From an uncultured Clostridia bacterium (GTDB lineage Bacteria > Bacillota > Clostridia > TANB77 > CAG-508), in NCBI GenBank assembly GCA_934129745.1, contig CAKOWZ010000008.1, positions 1 through 64,000 of the forward strand: a DNA stretch of 64,000 nt, given 5' to 3'. Shown here in pieces: positions 19,745-30,951 of this stretch. Both the position numbers and the translations under genes were made by a program. The notes below the pieces were generated by a model. That model was not told the DNA's origin. It ran no database searches and saw only the letters and a program-made list of their open reading frames with translations. The stretch's first letter is position 1. Every line of letters begins with the position of its first letter.

Positions 19745-20890
19745 ATGAGAAAATTATTTACATCAGAAAGTGTAACAGAAGGACATCCAGATAAATTATG
19801 TGATTTTATTTCAGATAGTATTTTAGATGCATTTTTAGAAAAAGATTCTACATCAAGAGTGGCATGTGAAACTGTTGCAGGAAAAGATAAGATTTTTATA
19901 ACAGGAGAAATTACATCAACAGCTAATGTTGATATCGAACAAATAGCTAGAAATGCAATAAAACAAATAGGATATGCGGGAAAAGGAATTGATATTGATT
20001 ATAAAACATGTGAAATTGATATTAATATTTCAAAACAATCACCAGATATTGCATTAGGTGTTGATGAGTCATTTGAAAAAAAACTAGGAGATGATAATTT
20101 AGAATCTGAAGGTGCTGGAGATCAAGGTTTAATGTTTGGATTTGCATGTGATGAAACACCTGAATTAATGCCACTCCCAATATCACTTGCACATAAATTA
20201 GCTAAAAGATTAACAGATGTGAGAAAACAAAAACAAATAGATTATCTAGAACCAGATGGTAAAGTTCAAGTTACTGTTGAATATGAAAATGATAAACCTA
20301 TAAGGATTGATACTATTGTTGTTTCAACACAACATAAAAAAGATGTTGAATTAGATGTTTTGAAAAAAGATATTAAAGAAAAAGTGATAAATGGAATTGT
20401 CCCAAGTGAATTATTAGATGACAAAACAAAATATTTTATAAATCCAACAGGAAGATTTGTAATTGGAGGACCTTTAGGAGATAGCGGATTAACTGGAAGA
20501 AAAATTATTGTTGATACATATGGTGGCTATAGCCGCCATGGTGGAGGCGCTTTTTCTGGCAAAGATCCAACAAAAGTTGATAGGTCAGCATCATATATGG
20601 CAAGACACATCGCAAAAAATATTGTTGCAAATGGATTAGCAAAAAAGTGCGAACTCCAATTATCCTATGCAATTGGAGTTGCCAAACCTGTATCAATCTA
20701 TGTTGACACATTTGGAACATCAACATTACCGGAAGACAAAATTGTAGAAATTATTTATAATAAATTTGAATTAACACCAAGAGGTATTATTAATTATTTG
20801 GATTTACAAAAACCAATTTATAAACAAACCACTAATTATGGGCATTTTGGCAAAGATAATCTTTCTTGGGAAAAAATAGTTAAATTATGA
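19745..20890 (+). CDS. metK: S-adenosylmethionine synthetase
   Basis: [21 protein letters not shown]-terminus and [16 protein letters not shown]. The track ORF start at 19706 is upstream and lacks an RBS. Confidence 0.92.
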   Translation: MRKLFTSESVTEGHPDKLCDFISDSILDAFLEKDSTSRVACETVAGKDKIFITGEITSTANVDIEQIARNAIKQIGYAGKGIDIDYKTCEIDINISKQSPDIALGVDESFEKKLGDDNLESEGAGDQGLMFGFACDETPELMPLPISLAHKLAKRLTDVRKQKQIDYLEPDGKVQVTVEYENDKPIRIDTIVVSTQHKKDVELDVLKKDIKEKVINGIVPSELLDDKTKYFINPTGRFVIGGPLGDSGLTGRKIIVDTYGGYSRHGGGAFSGKDPTKVDRSASYMARHIAKNIVANGLAKKCELQLSYAIGVAKPVSIYVDTFGTSTLPEDKIVEIIYNKFELTPRGIINYLDLQKPIYKQTTNYGHFGKDNLSWEKIVKL

Positions 20891-20920
20891 GCAATTGGGG
20901 ACGCGTCCCAAATTGTCCAC
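20889..20920. repeat. GC-rich palindromic REP-like element (single unit)
   Basis: gagcaattggggacgcgtcccaaattgtccac, overlapping the metK stop codon. Confidence 0.8.
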
Positions 20921-21014
20921 TAAAAAATTATTAACAAATAATTGACAAATATAGAAAATGATGGTATACTAATAAACGAATTGAGTATACTAGTATAGAG
21001 GTGAAAGAAAGGGT

Positions 21015-21590
21015 GTGAGTGAGTTGAAGGATGAACAGATTATTAAATCAGCAAAAAAACTTATTTCAAAGTATGGGTTTAAAAAAGTGTCAATGGATGA
21101 GATCGCAAATGATGCGGGTGTTACAAAAAAAACAGTATATTCGTATTTTTCTAGTAAAGAGGAATTATTAAATATAATTATAAAACAAGAGTTAGACAAA
21201 ATGAAAAAAGAGCTTGAAAAATATGAAAAAGAGACAGGTGATTTTTTTGAGGGGATTCATGAAGGAATTTTCAATTTATTGAAATTTAGGAGAAAAAATG
21301 ACTTGTTTAAAATTTTGATTGAAGAATCTGAGGTTTTTAGAAATGATAAATTAAAGGAGTGTTTAAGTATCATTGAGAAAAATGTTATGGATTATATTAA
21401 ATCAAAGTTGGTTGATGCAAATGAAAAAGGATATATTAGTGTAAAAAATGTTGATGTAATGACTTTTTTAATTTACAAAATGTATATTGCTTTAATGTTT
21501 GAATGGAGTGATTCATATAAAAAATTAGATGAACAGGAAATTACAGATACTATTTTGCAAATTTTAAAAAGTGGGATTGCATTAAATTAA
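21015..21590 (+). CDS. TetR/AcrR-family transcriptional regulator
   Basis: N-terminal HTH KKVSMDEIANDAGVTKKTVYSYFSSKEELL. GTG (or TTG 21024) start. Confidence 0.8.
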   Translation: MSELKDEQIIKSAKKLISKYGFKKVSMDEIANDAGVTKKTVYSYFSSKEELLNIIIKQELDKMKKELEKYEKETGDFFEGIHEGIFNLLKFRRKNDLFKILIEESEVFRNDKLKECLSIIEKNVMDYIKSKLVDANEKGYISVKNVDVMTFLIYKMYIALMFEWSDSYKKLDEQEITDTILQILKSGIALN

Positions 21591-21818
21591 ATTAAATATG
21601 ACACTAAATTAAATTATATGACACCAAATTAAGTGATATGAAACTAAATTAAGTGATATCACATTAAATTAGGTGATATAACATTAAATTATTAAATAAT
21701 ATAACACTAAATTAAATGGCATTGTACAAAATTAAAACATAGTTATTTAAAATTATGTAATATTACTCAAAATTATAAAAACTATAAAATTAAATTGAAA
21801 GGAAGTTGAAGATTTAAA

Positions 21819-24221
21819 ATGATGAAAAAATTACAAGATAAAGGAGTATTTAAATTTATTGTATTTGCTGTTGTTTTATTAATACCAGTAATATACAGTT
21901 TCTTTTATTTAAAATCATACTGGAATCCATATGAACATTTAACAGACATGAAAGTCGGTATTGTTAATTTGGATAAAGGTGAAAATGGTCAAAATAGAGG
22001 AGAAGAATTTTTAAAAGAATTGCAAAATTCAGGAATTATGAATTTTGTTGAAGTTGAAAGTACTGAAGATGCTAATAAAGGATTAGGTGAAGATGAATAT
22101 TATGCAGTAATAACTGTTCCAGAAAATTTCACAACAACTTTAAATAGTGCATCAACAGATAATAAACAAATTTCAACAATTACATATTCACCAAACAAAA
22201 GAAAAAATTATTTATCATATCAAATATTAAATAGTGCTTTGAAAACAATTGAAATTAATTTACAATCAAAAGTAAGCAAAGAAGTTACAGGAACATTATC
22301 TGACAGTTTAAAAGATGTTCCAGAAGATTTACAGAAAATATCTGATGGAGCTGAACAAATTGATGATGGTGCAGAAAAATTATCAGAAGGTTTACAAAAA
22401 TTAACAACAGGTACCAATACATTAGATAGTAAATATAGCGAATTTGATAAAGGTATTGAAAATGCTTCTAATGGAAGCACAAATTTAACAAATGGTATAG
22501 GTCAAGTAAATTCTGGAATTGATAGTTTATCAAATGGTGCAAACACATTAAATAATGCAATGGCACAAATTAACAATGGTGTTAATTCATTATCAAATAA
22601 AGGTAATTTAGGAATTGTTAAATTATTACAAGGTGTTAATAATTTATATAAAGGTGAAGAAGCATTAAATTCAGGAATTTCAATGTATACAAGAGTTTCT
22701 AAAGCTTTAGCTCAAGGAACACAAAATTATATTAAAAATGCAAACGAATTATCAGAAAAAATTAAATCATATGTTACAGATACAGATAATCTGGAAAATA
22801 AAGTTCAAAATCATATGACAAATACTGAAAATTTGGAAAATGACATTATTAATTATGTAAATGATGTTAATAATTTAAATACACAAGAAAATGAATTATT
22901 AAATAAAATGATTCAATATTCACAATCAAATCCAAATGATGAAAAAGCTAAAGAGTTAGCAAAACAAGCTAATGATATTTTAACAAATAAAACTAATAAA
23001 AATATTTCTGCTAGAGGACAAAATTTAGTAACTAATGCTAATGAATTAAAAGAAGATAGTAAAGTATTAATTTCAGATGCTCAAAAATTACAAACAAATA
23101 ATGAAGATCTTGTAAACAAATCAAATACATTAAAATCAGATAATACAAAATTAACACAAGGTGCTTTACAAATTTTAGCAAAAAGCGATGAATTAGCATT
23201 ACAATCACAAAAAATATTTGGAGGTGTTTCTGAATTAAAAAATCAAACATCTAATTTAAGTGAATTAACTGAAGGTATTAAAACTTTAAAATCTGTTATT
23301 TCTCAAGTAAATACAGGAACAGAAAGTTTAACTTCAGGTGTTAATGAATTAAAAACTGGAACAAATAAAGTTCAAAATGGTTCAGTTGAATTATCAAAAG
23401 GATTAAATACATTAAAAACAAGTTCAAAAGATGTAAAAAATGCTATTGAACAAATTAGTGATGGAACAAGTCAAGCATTAGAAGGAAGTACAACTTTGAA
23501 ACAAGGTACTACAGAATTTAAAACACAAATAAATGAAGGTCTTGAAACTGCTAAAGAAGAAGTAAAAAAATTAGATGATTTAGATAATTATGTTCAAGAT
23601 CCAGTACAATTTAAAGAAGAATCATATGGTAAAGTTGATTCATATGGTGTTGCATTTGCACCATTATTCATTTCAATTGGATTATGGGTTGGTGCATTAA
23701 TGTGTTATGTTGTTTTATATTATGATCAAAGACATAGATTTGGAATATTAGACCATGATTCAAAGAAAAGTAAAATCATCCAAAACGCTTTATATCTAGT
23801 AATAGGAGCTGTTGAAGGTGTATTAACAGGATTAATTCTTAAATGGACTTTAGGATTTGATGTGGTAAATATGGGAACTTATGTATGTCAATGTATTTTA
23901 GCAGGACTTGTATTTATGACTGTAATTCAATTCTTGATTAGAAATTTTGGAGATATTGGTAAATTCTTAGCATTAATTATACTTGTTTTACAACTTGCAG
24001 CTTCAGGTGGAACATTCCCAGTTGAAACAATTGATAATGGATTCAAAGTATTTACAAATATGTTACCTATGACATATACAATAAGAGCATTTAGAGATGC
24101 CTTAGTTGCTACAGATCATAGTTTAATTGCTACAAATACTTGGATTTTAATAGGTATTTTTGTTGTATTAAATATCATTAATTTAGGTGTTGAAGTATTT
24201 AAAGCTAAAAAAGAAAAATAA
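21819..24221 (+). CDS. YhgE/Pip-family membrane protein (phage infection protein-like)
   Basis: 800 aa. N-terminal TM segment, long Asn/Ser-rich coiled-coil middle, C-terminal multi-TM ABC-2-like domain. Paired with the upstream TetR gene, a typical arrangement. Confidence 0.75.
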   Translation: MMKKLQDKGVFKFIVFAVVLLIPVIYSFFYLKSYWNPYEHLTDMKVGIVNLDKGENGQNRGEEFLKELQNSGIMNFVEVESTEDANKGLGEDEYYAVITVPENFTTTLNSASTDNKQISTITYSPNKRKNYLSYQILNSALKTIEINLQSKVSKEVTGTLSDSLKDVPEDLQKISDGAEQIDDGAEKLSEGLQKLTTGTNTLDSKYSEFDKGIENASNGSTNLTNGIGQVNSGIDSLSNGANTLNNAMAQINNGVNSLSNKGNLGIVKLLQGVNNLYKGEEALNSGISMYTRVSKALAQGTQNYIKNANELSEKIKSYVTDTDNLENKVQNHMTNTENLENDIINYVNDVNNLNTQENELLNKMIQYSQSNPNDEKAKELAKQANDILTNKTNKNISARGQNLVTNANELKEDSKVLISDAQKLQTNNEDLVNKSNTLKSDNTKLTQGALQILAKSDELALQSQKIFGGVSELKNQTSNLSELTEGIKTLKSVISQVNTGTESLTSGVNELKTGTNKVQNGSVELSKGLNTLKTSSKDVKNAIEQISDGTSQALEGSTTLKQGTTEFKTQINEGLETAKEEVKKLDDLDNYVQDPVQFKEESYGKVDSYGVAFAPLFISIGLWVGALMCYVVLYYDQRHRFGILDHDSKKSKIIQNALYLVIGAVEGVLTGLILKWTLGFDVVNMGTYVCQCILAGLVFMTVIQFLIRNFGDIGKFLALIILVLQLAASGGTFPVETIDNGFKVFTNMLPMTYTIRAFRDALVATDHSLIATNTWILIGIFVVLNIINLGVEVFKAKKEK

Positions 24222-24225
24222 TTTG

Positions 24226-24292
24226 AAAAATTGGGGACGCGTCCAGATTACTCATATGAGCAATTAGGACGCGTCCCCAATTGCACACTTAA
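24226..24292. repeat. GC-rich palindromic REP-like element (two units with a ctcatatgag spacer)
   Basis: aaattggggacgcgtccagatt ... caattaggacgcgtccccaattgcacac. Its 3' end TTGCAC is spaced 17 bp from TGgTATAAT (24301-24309), giving a candidate promoter for the next gene. Confidence 0.8.
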
Positions 24293-24336
24293 AAACAATG
24301 TGGTATAATATGCAAAAAAGGTTTGGAGAATTTAAA

Positions 24337-26028
24337 ATGATAAGGTTATCAAATATTAAAATAAGAAAAGATATTTCAGATGAAGAGTTATTTGAGCATA
24401 TATATAAAAAATTTAAAATTAATAAAAATACAGTAACTAAAAAACAAATAGTAAAAAAGTCAATTGATGCAAGGAATAAAGATGATATTTTTTATAATTA
24501 TTCTGTTGAAATTGAGTGTAAGAATGAGGATAAGATAAAGGGTGGAGTTAAAGTAAAAGATGATGTTATGCCTAAAGTAATTAAAAATAGAAATGCTGAT
24601 GGTTTAAGACCTGTTATTATTGGGGCAGGTCCTGCTGGCTTATTTGCTGGGCTTACTTTAGCTCAAAACGGGTATAGTCCTATTATTATTGAACAGGGGA
24701 AAACTGTTAGGGAGAGAAAAAAAGATGTTGATGAATTTTTGAAAACTGGTAAATTAAATGTTTTATCAAATGTTCAATTTGGTGAAGGTGGTGCAGGGAC
24801 TTTTTCTGATGGAAAATTGACTAGTGGTATTCATAATCCTTTATGTAAAATCGTGTTAAAGGAATTTCATAGATTTGGGGCTCCTGAACAGATTTTATAT
24901 GTTAATAAACCACATATAGGTACTGATAATTTGATTAATATTATTGAAAATATGAGAAATGAAATTATCAGTCTTGGCGGAGAATTTATTTTTAGTGAAA
25001 AAGTTGTTGATTTTGAGTTCGTTGAAGATAATTCATCTTACATTTTGAAAAATAATAATGAAAATGTAGAAAACACTGAAATTCAAGAAGAGAATGATTT
25101 TCAAGAAAATTATAAAGATAAAGGCAAAAATAATATAAAAATTAAAGATAAATCAAATAGCAAAAAAATAAAATCAGTAATTTGTCAAAGTGGAAGAAAA
25201 ATTGAAACAGATGCAGTTATATTAGCGATTGGTCATAGTGCAAGAGATATTTTTGAAAAATTATATAAAAAAGGAATTGATATGCAAAAAAAGAATTTTT
25301 CAGTTGGTGTAAGAATTGAGCATAAACAAGAAATGATAAATAAATCTCAATATGGAACAAAAACTGACTTAAAATTACCTCCTGCAGAATATAAATTAGC
25401 TTATCATGGAAAAAATAGATCTTGTTATACATTTTGCATGTGTCCAGGGGGGGTTGTAATGGCTTCATCAAGTGAGGAAAATACTATTGTTTCAAATGGT
25501 ATGAGTACATTTGCACGTGATGGGGAAAATGCTAATAGTGCTGTTTTAGTGAATGTAACTCCAGATGATTTTAAGGGAGAGTCACCTTTAGAGGGAATTT
25601 ATTTTCAAAAAGCTTTGGAAGAAAAGGCTTTTGTACTTGGTGGATCAAATTATTTTGCACCAATTCAGAGATTTGAAGATTTTAAAAATAATAGAAAATC
25701 GACATTTATAGGTGATGTTAAACCTACATATAAACCAGGTGTTAGTTTATCAAATTTGAATGAAATTTTGCCAGATTTTGTTTCAAAAACATTGGTTGAA
25801 GGGATTGAGTATTTTGATAAATTAATAAATGGTTTTGGTAATCCAGATTCAATTTTAACTGGTGTTGAAACTAGAAGTTCTTCTCCTGTTCAGATTTGCA
25901 GAGATGAGAATAAAGAGTCTAATGTTAAAGGTGTGTTTCCTTGTGGAGAGGGTGCTGGTTATGCTGGTGGGATTATGTCTGCTGCTGTTGATGGGATTAA
26001 GTGTGCATATGCTGTTATGGAAAAATAA
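24337..26028 (+). CDS. FAD-dependent oxidoreductase (COG2509-like uncharacterised dehydrogenase)
   Basis: Dinucleotide-binding VIIGAGPAGLFAGLTLAQNG. RBS ggaga precedes ATG 24337. The ATG at 24298 overlaps the candidate -10 and was rejected. Confidence 0.7.
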   Translation: MIRLSNIKIRKDISDEELFEHIYKKFKINKNTVTKKQIVKKSIDARNKDDIFYNYSVEIECKNEDKIKGGVKVKDDVMPKVIKNRNADGLRPVIIGAGPAGLFAGLTLAQNGYSPIIIEQGKTVRERKKDVDEFLKTGKLNVLSNVQFGEGGAGTFSDGKLTSGIHNPLCKIVLKEFHRFGAPEQILYVNKPHIGTDNLINIIENMRNEIISLGGEFIFSEKVVDFEFVEDNSSYILKNNNENVENTEIQEENDFQENYKDKGKNNIKIKDKSNSKKIKSVICQSGRKIETDAVILAIGHSARDIFEKLYKKGIDMQKKNFSVGVRIEHKQEMINKSQYGTKTDLKLPPAEYKLAYHGKNRSCYTFCMCPGGVVMASSSEENTIVSNGMSTFARDGENANSAVLVNVTPDDFKGESPLEGIYFQKALEEKAFVLGGSNYFAPIQRFEDFKNNRKSTFIGDVKPTYKPGVSLSNLNEILPDFVSKTLVEGIEYFDKLINGFGNPDSILTGVETRSSSPVQICRDENKESNVKGVFPCGEGAGYAGGIMSAAVDGIKCAYAVMEK

Positions 26029-26040
26029 ATGCTTTTATAA

Positions 26041-26088
26041 AAAATAGTATCAATATTTTTCTGAAAAATATTGATACTATTTTTTTAC
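26041..26088. terminator. bidirectional terminator
   Basis: aatagtatcaatattttt-ctg-aaaaatattgatactatt is flanked by T runs. It lies between convergent genes. Confidence 0.65.
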
Positions 26089-26136
26089 TAGAAATTTTCT
26101 AAATCTTCACAAAAAATTAAGTATGTTTTACTGCTT

Positions 26137-26391
26137 TTAAAATATCTTCAAATTCTTATACCCCATATATTCTATGAATTTTTCATGCCACAGCTCACTC
26201 ATTATTTTTTCATTTCCACAACTAAAATTATTGATAAATTGTATAAAATCGCAACAATAATCAAATCCATCTGTTACATAATCACCACAAAATATAAAAT
26301 CATCAACATTATATTTTTGTATATCATCTAATACTAATTTTAATAACAAATAATTACTATGTATATCATTTAATATTGCAATTTTTTTCAT
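26137..26391 (-). CDS. metallophosphoesterase N-terminal fragment (calcineurin-like), probably truncated
   Basis: MKKIAILNDIHSN...GDYV metal-binding motifs, but only about 84 aa. RBS ggagga sits 7 nt before the ATG at 26391. Confidence 0.4.
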   Translation of the reverse strand: MKKIAILNDIHSNYLLLKLVLDDIQKYNVDDFIFCGDYVTDGFDYCCDFIQFINNFSCGNEKIMSELWHEKFIEYMGYKNLKIF

Positions 26392-26492
26392 AAATTTTCC
26401 TCCACTTCCAAACAAATATATAAATATAAAATTTTGTGGTATTTTATAGAATTTTATTCATTAAGAATTCTCAAATTTAAATAATTTACTTT

Positions 26493-26568
26493 TGGTGCTA
26501 CCATGCAGAATCGAACTGCAGACCTACTGGTTACGAATCAGTTGCTCTACCAACTGAGCTATAGTAGC
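26493..26568 (-). tRNA. tRNA-Thr (anticodon CGT)
   Basis: The reverse complement GCTACTATAGCTCAGTTGGTAGAGCAACTGATTCGTAACCAGTAGGTCTGCAGTTCGATTCTGCATGGTAGCACCA folds as a cloverleaf. Anticodon loop TTCGTAA, T-loop TTCGATT, CCA encoded. Confidence 0.85.
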
Positions 26569-26740
26569 ATTTCGATATTAATTATATTTTTACATATAAA
26601 AAATGTCAATACTTTTACAAAACAATACAAAAAATATAATAAAATTTTGTCACAAATTTACAATAATATGCAATAAAAAATACCACACAGTGTGGTATTT
26701 TAATTTTCAGAAAATACAAATAAAAAATAAAGTTTCAAAT

Positions 26741-27581
26741 ATGCCAAATATTTTATTCAACAGAACAAATTTTGGCATAAACATTTACATCATCACACCA
26801 TGTATAAAGTTTTATTTGTTTTCCAGTATTATTTTTAAGTTTTAAATCAAGAGTATTATAGGAAACAGTTGCATCTTTACCATCTTGAATATAATCAACA
26901 CTTCTTCCGATTATGTTCATGTCTTTCAACTATTTCAATTCCAGGAACTGCTAATGCAGAATTATAGAGAGTTGTACTTACTTGGCAATTACCGCCTCCA
27001 AAAGCATAACGAATTTTTTTATTAACATATATTTCAGCTTTTTTATAACCTTCTTCAGGTGTACAAGAACCAACTATTTGATTAAATGAAAAGGTTTCAC
27101 CATTTTGCAAAATTTTTCCATTTATTTTAGCACATGTTAATTTTATATTCACTAAACGATTTGGTCCACCAGATTTTAAAGGTGTAGAAAAATTAGAAAG
27201 TTCTGTTTCAACAGGTGGTTTTGCTTCATTGTTTTCATTATTAAAATTGTTATTTCCATTATCAGAGTTGATATTTTCTGTTTTAGAGTTATTATCTTGA
27301 GAATTATTACTATTAATATTATTGTTAGTATTATCATCAGAACTATTATCTTGTGTTGATTGATTATTTAAATTATCAGATGAATTATTTGACATATTAT
27401 CATCAGATTTATTATTTTCATTATTATCAGTAGTGCTTAATCTAGCAAATTCAACATTATTTCCTGATTTAGAATCTTTATTATTATTACATCCAGTCAA
27501 TAAAAACAAAGTAATTATAGTAATCAAAAATATTGTCACCAAACTTATCATTTTTTTAATAGCATATTTAAAAAAAATCAT
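26741..27581 (-). pseudogene. VanW-family lipoprotein, frameshifted near the C-terminus
   Basis: Lipobox LLTGC, Asn/Ser-rich linker, VanW core GGGNCQVSTTLYNSA...ERHEH. The ORF stops at 26895. The adjacent frame continues IIGRSVDYIQDGKDATVSYNTLDLKLKNNTGKQIKLYTW..., matching the usual VanW C-terminus. Confidence 0.55.
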
Positions 27582-27728
27582 AAAATCTTACCTCCAATCT
27601 TTTATAAAAATTTAAATTATTGCTTATAAAATATTTTTACCTAAATAAAAAAACATATACTATTGTTAAATAAAAAAAAATGAATTATAATATGGTCAAT
27701 GAAAAAATTTGAAAGGAAGGAAACAAAA

Positions 27729-28115
27729 ATGAAAAAAATGGAAAAAATTGTAAATAAATTTATATGGGAAGACAGAAAAAGACCAATATTTGGATTACCA
27801 CTATCATTTACAAAATATAAATTAACAGAAGAAAAATTATTAATAGAAACAGGTTTTTTAACAATCAATCAAGAAGAAATCAGATTATACAGAATAATGG
27901 ATATAAGCTTAAAACGTAGATTAATTCAAAGAATTTTTGGAGTAGGAACAATTCATTGTTGTTCAGCTGATAAAACAGCTCCAGAGTTTGAAATCAAAGA
28001 TGTAAAAAATGCTGAAGATGTAAAGGAATTACTTTCAAAAAAGGTTGAAGAAGAAAGAGAAAGAAAAAGAATTTCTGGCAGAGAGTATATGATGACAGAA
28101 GAAGACGATAATTAG
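27729..28115 (+). CDS. bacterial PH-domain (bPH_2/YdbT-like) protein
   Basis: ETGFLTINQEEIRLYRIMDISLKRRLIQRIFGVGTI pattern. RBS ggaagg precedes ATG 27729. Confidence 0.55.
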   Translation: MKKMEKIVNKFIWEDRKRPIFGLPLSFTKYKLTEEKLLIETGFLTINQEEIRLYRIMDISLKRRLIQRIFGVGTIHCCSADKTAPEFEIKDVKNAEDVKELLSKKVEEERERKRISGREYMMTEEDDN

Positions 28116-28147
28116 TGAGCAATTGGGACGCGTCCCCAATTGCTTAC
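28115..28147. repeat. GC-rich palindromic REP-like element between convergent genes
   Basis: gtgagcaattgggacgcgtccccaattgcttac. Overlaps both stop codons (the bPH gene on + and srtB on -). Confidence 0.8.
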
Positions 28148-28959
28148 TTTATTTGTTTGGCATGTAATACAACTCTAGATTTACCAGTTGAATCACAAGT
28201 TGATAATGTTAAAATTTTATCAGTAGAATTTAAGTTAACACCAAAATCATGAATACTTCTAGATTTCATTTCATTTAAAAAATTTAAATATGATTCATCA
28301 TTATTAAAATAAGTAGTTAAATAATATGATTCTGCTTTTATTGTATATACTGAAAAAACTTCATAAACATGAGTCTCATCAGGAGTTGTAAAAGTTATAT
28401 ATTTATTATTTGAATTATTATACCAATTAGGTTTTTGAGTATTTTTTAAAGTGGCAAACATACTTGTATCCATACGATTATGACCATAAATTATAATGTT
28501 TTTATCTGTTCCATCAAATAAATTCCTATAATCTGCAAAAATCCATCCAGCAGTATTTTTAGATTTGTCAAAAGTGTGATTTAAATAAAAATTATTATTA
28601 TCTGCTTGTACAACAGGATAATTAATTGAAGTATTTGGAACATTTATCCATCCTACTGTTGAATTATTTGTTTTTAACAAATTTTCAAAATTTAGTTCAT
28701 ATGATTGAATTTCTATTACTTTACCTTCAGCAGAATCAGTTTCAGTAGCATTTTCCTCAGAAATAGGAATTTGAATTGTAGTTTCACCAACAATATTTGT
28801 ATCCCTTAAATTTGATAATAAGTTTTTATTTTTTTGATTTTCATTAAACCACGAAAATATGTAAATTAAACAACATATTATTATAATTAATAAAAAAAGT
28901 CTTGCGATTTTTAGAACCACATTAATTTTTTTTGAATCTTTTGAATGTGTTTTCTTCAT
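28144..28959 (-). CDS. srtB: class B sortase
   Basis: N-terminal TM segment, IYGHN His motif, TLSTCD Cys motif, downstream Arg. RBS ggagg precedes the second ATG. Confidence 0.78.
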   Translation of the reverse strand: MKKTHSKDSKKINVVLKIARLFLLIIIICCLIYIFSWFNENQKNKNLLSNLRDTNIVGETTIQIPISEENATETDSAEGKVIEIQSYELNFENLLKTNNSTVGWINVPNTSINYPVVQADNNNFYLNHTFDKSKNTAGWIFADYRNLFDGTDKNIIIYGHNRMDTSMFATLKNTQKPNWYNNSNNKYITFTTPDETHVYEVFSVYTIKAESYYLTTYFNNDESYLNFLNEMKSRSIHDFGVNLNSTDKILTLSTCDSTGKSRVVLHAKQIK

Positions 28960-29210
28960 ATTAAAATTTACCTCCATTTGGTTTATATTAATGTAATTAT
29001 ATCAAATGAGATTTTAAAAGTCTATTAGTATAAAAAGTTTTTTGTTTTACTCTGGTAGTCTTACTTTGGTTTAGCAAAAAACTTTTCAAACTACTTGACA
29101 GTTAACAATAATACATATAAAATAAGAGTGTGAGCAGAAATATATAATGATTAAATTGATAATATATTTAAACTGAACATTGAAAAATTAATAGAAAGAG
29201 GTGTTAGATT

Positions 29211-30767
29211 ATGGCTATAGTCGTAAGTATAATCGTCTCTGTTCTTATCTCAGCAGTAATTTTTACATTCTTAGGATTTTTTATAAGAAAAAAAATTGCT
29301 GAATCTAAATTAGAAAGTGCAGAAAATGAAGCAAAAAGAATTGTTGAAAATGCAATTAAAGATGCTGAAAACAGAAAAAAAGAAGAAATATTTAAAGCAA
29401 AAGAAGAAATAATGAGTGCAAGACAAGAATTAGATCAAGAGATTAAAGAAAGAAGAGGCGAAGTTCAACAACAAGAAAGACGTTTAGTACAAAAAGAAGA
29501 AAATTTAGAAAATAGAATAATACAATTAGAAAAGAAAGAACAAGATTTAGTAAGAAGAGACAAAGAATTAGACAAAAAAACAGATGAGTTAAATAATGAA
29601 TTAAACAATGTAATTAATGCTCAAAAAGAGGAATTACAACGTATTTCAAGAATGTCTGTTGATGAAGCTAAAAAATTCTTATTATCAGAAGTTGAAAAAG
29701 ATTTGATTAAAGAAAAAGCAAATCTAATTAGAAATTTTGAAGAAGAAACAAAGGAAAAGGCTGAAAAAAGTGCTAAAGAAATTATTAGTTATGCAGTCCA
29801 AAAATGTGCTGCTGACCACACTTCAGAAGCAACTGTATCAATTGTTTCATTACCAAATGATGATATGAAAGGTAGAATTATTGGTAGAGAAGGACGTAAT
29901 ATTAAAACTTTAGAAACTTTAACAGGAATAGATTTAATAATTGATGATACACCTGAAGCTGTTATAATTTCAGGATTTGATCCTTTAAGAAGAGAAGTTG
30001 CAAAACTTGCTTTAGAGAAGTTGATTGAAGATGGTAGAATTCACCCTGCCAAAATCGAGGAAATGGTTGAAAAAGCAAAAGAAGAAATAGCTGGAATTAT
30101 AAAAGAAGAAGGAGAAAGAGCTGTTTTAGAATCTGGTGTAATAGGGCTACATCCAGATTTAGTAAAACTACTTGGTAAATTACGTTATAGAACAAGCTAT
30201 GGACAAAACGTTTTAAATCACAGTATAGAAGTATCTAATCTAGCAAGAATAATGGCAGAAGAAATGGGACTAGACCCTAAACTTGCAAGACGTGCAGGAC
30301 TTTTACATGATATTGGTAAAGCACTTGACCATGATATGGAAGGAACTCACGTTCAAATTGGTGTTGATATATTAAAAAAATATAAAGAAAATCCAATTGT
30401 AATTAATGCTGTTGAAGCACATCATGGAGATGTTGAACCACAAACATTAGAAGCTGTGCTAATACAAGCTGCAGATGCAATTTCAGCATCAAGACCAGGT
30501 GCAAGAAGAGAAACTTTAGAAACATATATCAAACGTCTACAAAACTTAGAAGAAATAGCTGATTCTTTTGATGGTGTAGATAAATCATTTGCAATACAAG
30601 CTGGTAGAGAAATTAGAGTTATTGTTAAACCAGATAAAGTAACAGATGATGAAATGATTTTAATGTCTAGAGAAATTGCAAAGAAAATTGAAAATGAAAT
30701 GGAATATCCTGGACAAATTAAAGTTAATATGATTAGGGAATTTAGAGCTGTTGAATATGCTAAATAG
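29211..30767 (+). CDS. rny: ribonuclease Y
   Basis: N-terminal TM segment, coiled coil, KH domain ([15 protein letters not shown]), HD domain (LLHDIGKA). Confidence 0.92.
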   Translation: MAIVVSIIVSVLISAVIFTFLGFFIRKKIAESKLESAENEAKRIVENAIKDAENRKKEEIFKAKEEIMSARQELDQEIKERRGEVQQQERRLVQKEENLENRIIQLEKKEQDLVRRDKELDKKTDELNNELNNVINAQKEELQRISRMSVDEAKKFLLSEVEKDLIKEKANLIRNFEEETKEKAEKSAKEIISYAVQKCAADHTSEATVSIVSLPNDDMKGRIIGREGRNIKTLETLTGIDLIIDDTPEAVIISGFDPLRREVAKLALEKLIEDGRIHPAKIEEMVEKAKEEIAGIIKEEGERAVLESGVIGLHPDLVKLLGKLRYRTSYGQNVLNHSIEVSNLARIMAEEMGLDPKLARRAGLLHDIGKALDHDMEGTHVQIGVDILKKYKENPIVINAVEAHHGDVEPQTLEAVLIQAADAISASRPGARRETLETYIKRLQNLEEIADSFDGVDKSFAIQAGREIRVIVKPDKVTDDEMILMSREIAKKIENEMEYPGQIKVNMIREFRAVEYAK

Positions 30768-30771
30768 TTTT

Positions 30772-30818
30772 TTAAGCACAAGTTTGAAGTAAAATTCGGA
30801 CTTGTGTTTTTTGTATTT
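30772..30818 (+). terminator. rho-independent terminator after rny
   Basis: cacaagtttgaagtaaaattcggacttgtg hairpin followed by TTTTTTG. Confidence 0.55.
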
Positions 30819-30951
30819 TTAGTATATTATATATATAAAATTAATGTAAAAATAAAATTTATAATATAAAATATTGAAGAGAAAAAATTAGTTTGAAAAA
30901 TTTTTTCAATACTATAAATATTTTTGCAAAAAGAAAGGAATTGAATTTATT

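Noticed and set aside
24298-24336. ATG 24298 as the start of the FAD-dependent oxidoreductase
   Set aside because: It overlaps a near-consensus extended -10 (TGgTATAAT) spaced 17 bp from TTGCAC and has no RBS. ATG 24337 has RBS ggaga at correct spacing.
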